A DNA stretch of 64,000 nt from Phallusia mammillata. Taxonomy: Eukaryota. The stretch's first letter is position 1. Each line of letters starts with the position of its first letter. The notes beneath the pieces are model-generated. The model was given only the letters and a program-made list of their open reading frames with translations. It did not search any database and was not told the origin of the DNA. The stretch lies in assembly GCA_965637545.1 (NCBI GenBank), contig OZ281501.1, positions 17,422,001 through 17,486,000 of the forward strand, read 5' to 3'. A program made the position numbers and the translations under genes. Shown here in pieces: positions 22,401 through 31,223 of the stretch.

Positions 22401-25400
22401 AAAAAAAAGTCATAACTGGGAGCAGCCCTGAAGTGTCCGTGCAGACCAGCGATCACGGCACACTAATTTATAAATCATTATTTGCCGGGCCTATTGAAGA
22501 CGTTTTACCGAATCATATAAGAATGTTAAAGAGACCGGCTTTTAATTCGGTTTGATGCCTTTAATAGACCGGGTGTAGTATTATGTTTCAAGTTGTATAC
22601 AATGATGGTATTCAAACGTTACGATATATCAGCTGCACATAACTGTTTTTGGACAAACGAAACGTTTTTTGAGGATAAGTCCTGAAGCGCTAATGCAGAC
22701 CAGCGATCATGGCTGTCCAGTCCCAAAAAGGCTCCTTTCGGGGGTTCGATTCCCACTGCAGGCTAGATTTTATGACTTAATTAATGCCTTGCTATATGTG
22801 GGAATGCTTGGAAGGCCGGTTTGATTTGCTATAACTCTTGAATATAGGCTCAACGTACTATCATTTGTTTACTAAGGGTTTACTAAAAGGACACAAAAAC
22901 ACAGACACAACTGTTTTTCGTTAGAAAGGTTTCAACAAGATACAGAACCAACCTCTATGACCATTTTACCTCTATGACTACTTACCCATATTGCGGAGTC
23001 GATTAACAATATCTCTCGGGTCACACATACTGTCCACCACAGATTGTTCGTAGGAGGGTGGAAGCTCTGTTCCTGGGATTTCCGCCCGTTGTATTGCGGA
23101 GGGACAATTGATTTTGGCGTAAGACACGAAAACGTGGATTTCGCCGTCGACTTCAGTCGTGCCTTGATTGCCTTCTGGTAAAAACATTAAAATCGTTGAC
23201 CCGCGCAGAAACATTACATTACGTTCAATTGACGATAAGGTACAATATGGGTCATCGACTATCATCCAATGATAAAAAGTTTCTTACCAAAACAATCCGA
23301 TATATATTAATATTGTTCCCCAAAATGTTACACTAATTTTAACAAAACCACAGGACTATGAACAATTGAAGGCTACGTAACATTAAAACATTAATGAGAC
23401 AAAACATTAGAGAGTACGCTAACTATCCAGGGGTCAACAGTCAGTATGAAAGCATGGAGACAATACATGATAAGTTAGCTGCAGACAGTACACTATGTTT
23501 CAACCTATATAAGGTCTCATCAGTGCAGCTGACAAAGTGACCAACCTGTTTCCGATTCTATGGACGCGAGAATATCAAAAACATTGGGCGGAGTTCGGAA
23601 ATCCTCTAGAGTGTAATCAGTAAATGTCTGACTGTAGTCCTGTAAACGAAAAAAATGTTAAATTTGTTTTTGGGCCTCGGGCAATAACTTTGCTCCGGTA
23701 TCAGTGTAGGGATAGTTAATATATATTAACTGGGAACATGGCTCTTGCTGTGGGTTCGAATCCCACCGCAGACTAGAATTTTTAAATCTATGCCTTGTTA
23801 TGTGTAGGAATGCTTGAGAGACCCGCTTTATACGGTATGACGTCTTCAATAGACCTGGTAGTGTATGTTTTTTTTAATGGTTTACCCCTTTTGCTCATTT
23901 TGCTCCGTTTCGACTTATTATGAATGAATGGTGAAAATAATAGTCAAATGTTAATGCGAATTAATTAATTTGCTATAGAGGAAACCCCGGTTAAACCGGA
24001 TTCGGTTAATCCGGATCTTCGCCTAATTCGGACAAAACTTGAGGTACAAATGATTTGTAATATGGTAAGGCTTATCGACATCAGTTAATCCGGATCCTAG
24101 CATAATCCGGACAATTTGTTTGGTCCAAACGGGTGCGGATTAACCGAAGTTTGCTACTTTCTTATATTTAACTCCAAACTTTGGTGAAAAAAAAAAAAAA
24201 AAAACTTCTGTTCAATCATCATGTACCTTGTATGTGACCCATTTGCCGTCTGCCTCTCCTTTCGTGTGGTGACCCTGGTATTTTGTATTTCCCGATTTGT
24301 CTTTGTATATTTTGTCAATTTCTCCTTCATGCCAGCGATAACCTCCACTCCGTACAATACCATGCACCTCTTGTTGACGGTACCTTCATTTTATGTTTAC
24401 GCATTGTTGTGTGTTTTTTGGTTTGATTCATTGTTTTACGTTGTATTCTCATTTACTGGAAATGACTTTATCAACACCAAAAACGCTTTTATTGATAACA
24501 TAATCTGCACATTAATTTAAAGTGAATCACTAATTTGGACTAGGGATTTGTAGTGCACTCTTCTTTTCGTATCTTGAAACTATACGGCAGGGTTTCTTTT
24601 CATGTCGAACCCCTTCCTCTTTCCCTAACACCGGTGGTTGGTATTTTTTACCACCTTTTTCCGCTCCATCCATAACCTTTTAACGTTGCGAAGATATTTC
24701 CGGCTTGGTGATTGTTTTAGTGCTATTGTGTCGTTATGTTTTCTTTCACCAAGCAAAATAAACTCAACTCAACCTTCGCCAAAATGCCAAGTAGTTTGAA
24801 GTTGCTAGCGGCCTAAAATTGAACCAAACTCGAAAGTGTGCAAGCCCGAAACCTGGCCTGAACGCTATTGGTCTTAATTTGGCCCTAATATTAGGAAATT
24901 TTCGGTATAAATAATGTCCATGGTGAAGTCAGGCCCGAATCAACCCCAATTTATTTAGACTTAAGCCCGAACCCAACCCGAAAAGGCGGCGCCAAATTAC
25001 AATTCTGGACTTAAATGCTAAACTGTAAAGCAGGGGTGTCCAACTCGAAAGCACCGCCGTGCCAATCTAGGTTTTAAAATATACTCGCGTGCCAACGTTT
25101 GGTACTTTTTCCAAACCATGTATTAAACGTCTTAACGGTAGAAAAGTTGTCAAACTTGTTTATGATACTCCAGAAACCTTTCATAGCATACCATGTCGCT
25201 TAAAGCGCAGAATCCATAACATGGAATATAATACGACAGCATAAAGGCCCGGAATGATCAAGAATTTGCCAGTTTCAAACGCCTAAAAGTAGACAGATCG
25301 AGTCTAAAAACGACCAATTTAATTAGTGGATTTGTGTAACCTTAATACTGATCATCTTTACTGAAGTTAGAATAACGGCCAAAAAGAATCAATAGAAAAA

Positions 25401-28400
25401 TATAAATTGCCTGACAAATCCTAATGTTTACCATCTGAATGTGCAAAAACTTGCGTGCCATTTTCAAATGCTCTGCGTGCCACTTTTGGCACGCGTGCCA
25501 CGTGTTGGACACCCCTGCTCTAAAGTCTAAAACAATGATCTGAGCAAAAAAAAATCAAAGCCAGTATATTTGTGATTTTTTGCTCGGATTATTCAAAACC
25601 GTGAGTAGTGTACCTAAAACAATGAGCTATATAATTTTAATGTGAAGAACGAAAATAAATTACTTACCGGCCTTGGTGGAATAAAACCTTCGAACCAACT
25701 CCAATTTGGTCTGCAGATGGAACTTGGTCAAGAGCCAAGTTGAAATAATCGATATTACGTCCAGTTGGATCGTGGTCGTCCCACTCTATCGTGTACTTTA
25801 ACGTCGACTTATCGAAGCTCACAATCGTGGCTAAAATATTTAAAAAATTACACGTGATATTTGAAAAAGGAATATAAATACCTAAACGTACATACTTTTT
25901 ACAATCAAAAAAATAAAACAAAAATGAAATACATGTTAATAAAAAAAAAACCTTTACTTCTTAAAACTTCTTATAACCCTAAAGTGCCTGTAAAAGGCTT
26001 GGTTTGGGCTGTTTTCACACTTTGCACTGACAATGACAACAGCGATTGTTGAAACTTCTGCACTACAATCTACACCAGTGCTCTTCAACCTTTTTAGTGG
26101 CACGGAATCCTCAAGGTGGTTTGTCTCACTTTGCGGAATCCCCATAAAATAGTTTTAACCAATGTAATAGGATACACCAAAGAAAAAACATGCATTTTAC
26201 TTAACACACCCCAAGCACAAAATAAAAGTTGAAACGCATTGCCATGTTACTTGTAACCGTCGTTTCAACATTTATCTCGCATTTTTGCCAGAGTGGCTGT
26301 GTTTATTACGTTAAGGCTGTCTTTATCACGTCACAATTGATCAATGGTGCAACCAAGGTTAACTACTAGATTAGATATTACGGGCGAGCATTGCTGTTCG
26401 CAACAATGATATTGTTATGATTCATATTTGTACAACAAACCGCTGCGAACCCCTGAGCAACCCTTAAAGATCACGGAACCCCTGTAAGGTTAGTCGGAAC
26501 CCCGGTTGAAGAGCCCAGATGTATTCTATACAAGAGTTTTCAGTACTGCGTTTTCAACATAATTTTTACATTCCACGGACTCGAAGCGTTATTCATACCT
26601 AGAGAATTACAAAATTCCAGGATATAAAACAATAATTATTTTTGTTAGAAACAGACCTTTTGATAAATTTGTGTTTTCAATGGCACTCCTAGCTATTTTG
26701 AAACAGTGTTTTGGCCGAAAACTGTCTTATACTCGTGTATTAAATAGGCGTGTATTAAATTTTTACTGATTAACTTTAAAAGTTCATTTACCTGTAAAGT
26801 ATTGCCACTTGCTCTGACCCCACATCGCCACCACGTGGTCATTTATTTGTGGCATATTTCTTTCTACTCCGTCTCCTGTGTCTACTTTCATAGCAGCCAT
26901 TGCCCCTAATGGCTTCGGTTTTGTCATCGCCTGGATGACACAATGTTTTGTTTTATGTTGTAAAATAATATTGATATTTTTACAAACACCGCTAATATGC
27001 ATCAAGGCTTGTAAATGAGTTTAAGAAAAGCGTTGTAATGTACACATTGGTATATCACGTTTAAATCCGAGTTGTACAGTACTGAAAATTGAGGCTCAAA
27101 TCTGAAAATTAAAGATCGAAACCCGGACTGAATCCGATTTAAAAAACAAGGCCCGAAAGTTGGTTTAAGGCAGACCCGGATCAAGCCTGTTTTGTTTAAA
27201 AGCCCAAACGCGATCCAAAAAAACACATTACAAACCTGGTTTACGCAAAATAGTTTTTTGTCAGTGATTTTAAATCCTGTTTGAAAGTAGCCGACATATT
27301 TTTTCCCCACAAACAGCCTTAACACATCTCCTTTAACATATATGTGTATGTTACGAAAAGAGTGCTGTTTTATCATACTTTTTCCCTAATAATCGACCTT
27401 TCTTGTATTATCGAGTTCGATTAATCTTCAACAATGTGTACACGGTGTAGCTGCAGCGCGTTTAGCCATAGTCCGCCAATTGTGCCCTTCACTGTTTTGC
27501 GCTCCATATAAAGTTTCAACGTTGCGCAGCTATTTCCGACTCGGTGATTGTTTTAGTGCAATTGTGTCGCTATGTGTTCTTTCACCAAGCGTAAAAAAAA
27601 CTCATCTCAACTTCAACCAACACTTACCGTATGGTTAAGTTCTGTTGTTGGGGATATAGGGGCAGAAGAGTTATTGGAAGAAGCAACAGACAGTTGAAAT
27701 GTGAGTTGTTCAACCGCTTTTCGTAACTCCGTAACTTCATTCTGAAGTTTTTGGTTGAATTGTTTCAGCGTTTCAATTTCCTTTGCTTGTTTGGTGATTG
27801 TTTTTTGCATGTCGTCATCAGGTTCAGAATCATTATCTAAAGTTAGAGGGCCGTAATTGTATTATATAACTTACTGATACAGAGAACATGGCATTGCTAT
27901 TATCCAAAGGTAATTAAATTAAGTTTGTTAAATACTGATTTTTGGGATGAAAAAACATTGGGTTTAATTACTGAACTGAAACGGTACACATGCCATAGTT
28001 AATTAAATTGGGCTTTTTTGTACTGATAAAACACAGGTCTATACATAAAGATACGGTGGCAATACTGTTTTGTTGTACGTAAGTAAGCTTCTTTTTGTAA
28101 TTGTTTTTCGGGGTTTTACTTAAAACACTTATATTTTTCGAACGCAAATCCATCGTAAACGTACATTAACAACACAAAATAGTTCATGTTTATCAATATT
28201 ATACAGCATGCGACCTATTAGAAAGAAAACGCAGGATAAAAATCCTGATAAAAGGGCGTTATGAGAGCTATCAGACAATAGTTAGCAGACCATTGTTGTT
28301 GGTTACTATTCTTTGTAAAGCAAAGGCACACCAACCGCAGTAAAAATGGAATAAAATTTACATCGCTTCAAAAGTTTTGTGTGTCTTAGGTATTTTACCT

Positions 28401-29272
28401 TAAATTAAAGTTCAGTTTTCATTGTGGCCTTATGTAGCCACATGCAGTAACAGAAGAATTTTCACAAGGCACAGCCAAAAGACATACAGGTATTTGCTAA
28501 AGGGTGCGCCCAAACAAATGTAAACAATAAAATGACAATCCCTAAGCCTTTGTAGTCATAACACTAGCGATTGTATGCCTACGTCCCTACGAATTGCCAC
28601 ATACACATTAAGAATATAAAATCTCCAACCCGAATTAACAATAAATCAGTGTATAAAATAACATACATATTGCACTGAACAATATTCTTAAATTGACAAT
28701 TACAATTAGGTAAGGTTTTCGTAGTAAGTTGATTTCAAGGATATTTAGAGGCATATACCACATTTTCCAACAACTAGTCTTGCTGTAATCTCTTACTTTT
28801 TCCGATACTGTAAGACTTAACTTTGTGACTAGTTCGAAAATACAATACAATTACATACGGACAGATAGGTTTTGCAACATACCTCCAAATGACGACATAG
28901 ATTTTAAACTTGGGTCTGATGGAAAACCTCTTAAATCAGCTGCAGGTTTTCTATTAGTCGAACCTATAACATAATTTCTTCTATAGTTGTTTAAATATAC
29001 TGTGTAATTTAAGTTTTTGTAAGCAATATAATTCCATTTTCTGAAGACGAAGAACCTATAACATAGTTTTTTGTTTGCTTGTCCATATAAACTGTGTAAC
29101 TTAAGCAAGTTTTTGTGTACATTACAATTACAAACAAATTTTACATTCCGTTTTTTTACTTGACTTTTTTTAACTTACTTGCAAAAGACGCTATCGATTT
29201 CGACCTTGGATCTGAAGGAAATCTCTGCAAATTACGGGCAGGTTTTCTTCTAGTTGAAGACGAGGAACCCAT
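16439..29272 (-). CDS. Uncharacterised double-TIR, double Tudor-like-module protein with predicted N-myristoylation; 16 exons (29272-29179, 28963-28883, 27836-27628, 26930-26792, 25830-25668, 24383-24227, 23639-23546, 23174-22986, 21856-21675, 20957-20732, 20523-20312, 19621-19477, 18988-18868, 18520-18295, 17679-17513, 16601-16439); 855 aa
   Basis: All 15 introns are GT-AG with consistent phases; 2568 nt open frame. TIR1: HVFVSY...VFIACLSDEYASNDRCRMEFQYAKK..LPVIPLVV. TIR2: DFFFSYCWSNS...WIDV...IAVACVSQEYANSDNCRMEIQFAAK..KPLVTIVV. Two homologous modules of about 155 aa (DHVV..W.YF.ATI.SFD....YT..WDD.DP.GR...IGVG..VLF.QG...SGG.R.H.G.I.KIYKD). N-terminus MGSSSSTRRK. Confidence 0.88.
16846..16920 (-). 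mobile_element. Second tRNA-derived SINE head family (related fragment on + at about 52500-52550)
   Basis: Minus strand reads TGGCCAAGTGGCTAGCG...GCGTTCTAATCCTGTC (A/B-box-like); similar GGGTTCTAACCCTGTC at about 52525. Confidence 0.45.
16995..17355. mobile_element. Inverted pair of tRNA-derived SINE fragments (minus copy about 16995-17185, plus copy about 17220-17355)
   Basis: Minus head TAGCACAGTTGG...GGTGCGAATCC; plus body GAATGCTTGGGAGACCG...AATAGACCTGG...GTGTCGTGATCGCTGGT, also seen at about 22790-22850 and 23790-23840. Confidence 0.7.
17780..18035. mobile_element. Dispersed GCCCGAA/TTCGGGC-rich element family (other copies about 19650-19830, 24780-25015, 27060-27290, 45130-45330, 51150-51240, 51780-51935)
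   Basis: Recurrent internal motifs (AAGCCCGAA, GGCCCGAAA, GGGCCTAATT) and ends resembling CAG(A/T)GTTGTAA / TTACAA(C/T)TCTG; boundaries approximate. Confidence 0.6.
18086..18270 (+). repeat. About 190-bp interspersed repeat, three same-orientation copies inside the TIR gene (also about 24660-24775 and 27440-27615)
   Basis: Shared core AACGTTGCG(C/A)AG(C/A)TATTTCCG(G/A)CT(T/C)GGTGATTGTTTTAGTGC...TTCACCAAGC ending in AACTC-type tail repeats. Confidence 0.85.
19290..19400 (-). mobile_element. Tail of the same tRNA-SINE family (reverse orientation)
   Basis: CTATGCAGACCAGCGATCACGGCACACTCATATA is the near reverse complement of about 17322-17355. Confidence 0.7.
21980..22215. mobile_element. hAT-type MITE (truncated sister copy about 55278-55462)
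   Basis: TIR CAGTGGTCGGCAACC...GGTTGCCGACCCCTG; the internal sequence is repeated at 55278-55462. Confidence 0.85.
22440..22850. mobile_element. Cluster of rearranged tRNA-SINE fragments in both orientations (further plus copy about 23700-23840)
   Basis: GCAGACCAGCGATCA tails at about 22441 and 22696; B-box GGTTCGATTCCC at about 22744; body GAATGCTTG; GGTTCGAATCCC at about 23754. Confidence 0.7.
23976..24155. mobile_element. Tc1/pogo-type MITE, reverse-orientation sister of 36934-37288
   Basis: CGGTTAATCCGGATC and GGTCCAAACGGGTGCGGATTAACCGAAGTTTGCT match the RXR intron element in reverse complement. Confidence 0.8.
25031..25517. mobile_element. hAT (Charlie-like) MITE
   Basis: TIR CAGGGGTGTCCAAC...GTTGGACACCCCTG; 8-bp TSD CTGTAAAG/CTCTAAAG (1 mismatch). 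Confidence 0.9.
26076..26518. mobile_element. hAT-type MITE
   Basis: TIR CAGTGCTCTTCAACC...GGTTGAAGAGCCCAG; TSD degenerate. Confidence 0.7.
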
Positions 29273-30535
29273 GTCAAATGTAGTTCAATTCAGCAACTAT
29301 AGTTAGCCTTAACACTGTATTCAGATACAGTTCAATACAGCAACACGGCTAGTTGTGACCAAACAATGCCCCGCGCGCCTTTTGTCATACACACACCCAC
29401 ACAGAGCGGTGTAATTTTCGATTCCGGAATTTGTAAATTGAAGTGAATGAATGGCATGGCCAGACTGGACTTGTCGGCTGGCTGCTTGTGCTGATGGTTA
29501 AATAGATTTTGCTACTCAGTTTAGCAATTGTTTACTGGAGATTTGATGTTGTAGGCCTGTTTTTTTGCGTTGCCGGGTTTTGAAATACGTATTTAGTGTT
29601 TTTCAGTAAAGCTGTTCAATTGGTATGAATTTACACAAAACCCCTGTATTTTGACGAAGAACTTTACTAAATATGCAACCTGGTGAAACGTTTGTTCTGT
29701 ATTTAGTGTTTTTCGAAAATGTTTTTTAACTGAGACTATATTGCTGGTGACAAAAATATTACTTTTTAAAGTTTATCTAGCCATCTGAGGCAACAGGCCG
29801 CTTTTCGTTTTTGTAAAATTTGCTACTAGATTCTTGACTATTCAGAGAAAATTACTGTTCGTCAAAATAAATTCAATAAACCATAAAACCATGACAGTCA
29901 TGTAAATAAACATGCACTTTTTGTGTTTGCTATGGTAGCAATAAAAAGCATTATAAAACCGAAACTTCGTCCAAGTAAACAGTGTGAGTAAGGTATGTTT
30001 GGTATAAGCTGTAATTTTTAGGCCGGACGTTTTCTGGTGGTATAAAAAAAGTTTGTATTTTTTTGTATTTTGTGTACATTTATTTATAATTTAATGTTTT
30101 CCTTACTATTTTTGAAGATCGTCAGTAGCCCACCACGTAACAGTTGTCAAAACAGATACCGTATTTGCCTTGATATTGGTCAGCAGTACATTTAAGTGAA
30201 AATAATTGCAAATTTTAGGTCTTTTTGTTGCCAGCTCTAGTAAGTTGCAAGTAAACAGGTTTAGAATAATTACACCAATATTATTACAGCTGTAACGGAT
30301 ATGAGCCACCAACAATCTGACATTACACGATTTTGAAAACAGTTTTTCAACCCAGACAGTTTGTCACACGAACGTCATGTTGCACTAAAACCGTGCAACA
30401 GTTCAAGTAATACGTTAGCAACTCGCAGCATAGAAACTAGAATGGTGTTTTGCCAACCACAAAATATATCATGCTAAGAAAATTGCCATTTATTTAAATA
30501 GTTTTTCAATCGGAAAAATGACGAACAAATACCGC

Positions 30536-30614
30536 ATTGGTCTCATTGGATTTTCGTTCTACTAATCCATTTTTGTTGTACATGACTTCAGCGGCAGCGC
30601 AGATTATGACGTCA
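30536..30614 (+). promoter_or_regulatory. Putative RXR core promoter: two inverted CCAAT boxes and a palindromic CRE
   Basis: ATTGG at 30536 and 30545; TGACGTCA at 30607-30614; about 600 bp upstream of the first coding exon, in the divergent TIR-RXR spacer. Confidence 0.4.
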
Positions 30615-31223
30615 TAGTAGTGATACTTGTCTGTTCTGGTGGTTGAGTCTTTTTCTCTTGCATTTTTTTGTTAAATTTTGTTGTTGTAGCCTTTTTTTTC
30701 AGCAAAAAGGAAAGGCAGCACAGTAACTATTTAACTGATAAACGAATTCTCAGAGGTCGTTAGTTTTTGAGTTGACTCAATCAATGAAAAAAATCTCATC
30801 TCATTATATTTGTTACGTTGTTTCTCTACAGTTGCGTTTTATTAGTATCGGTTTTACTTTGTTAATCACGTTGTGTTGTGATACCTTTAAGAAGCAAAAC
30901 TGAAAAGAAGATGTTTTTGCTTGAATGACAGATACAGTTAAATTTGTGCATTATAAATTCACAACTAATGCATTTTTACAGAAATGCAACTGTGGTCAGA
31001 TTACCAGATTTTTTGTGTGAGAATACTTTGCCTTTTTTGCATGTTTTTTGTTGCAATATTCAACTGAAATAAATGCCTTCCATTAAGGCAAGGTTGAATG
31101 TCACTTAAAATAAATAATAATGTATACATATAGAAGCCTTACATCATATAAACGTCTAAACTTTGTTTTCAACTTTAGGTGTATAATGTGACATTTAATT
31201 TCAAAAGTAGCAAAACCTTTGAA

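Noticed and set aside
24221-24520. Plus-strand hydrophobic 99-aa ORF
   Set aside because: Antisense shadow of TIR-gene exon 6 plus T-rich intron.
27002-27376. 124-aa minus-strand ORF
   Set aside because: Overlaps a GCCCGAA-family repeat in an intron; the TIR gene splices around it in phase.
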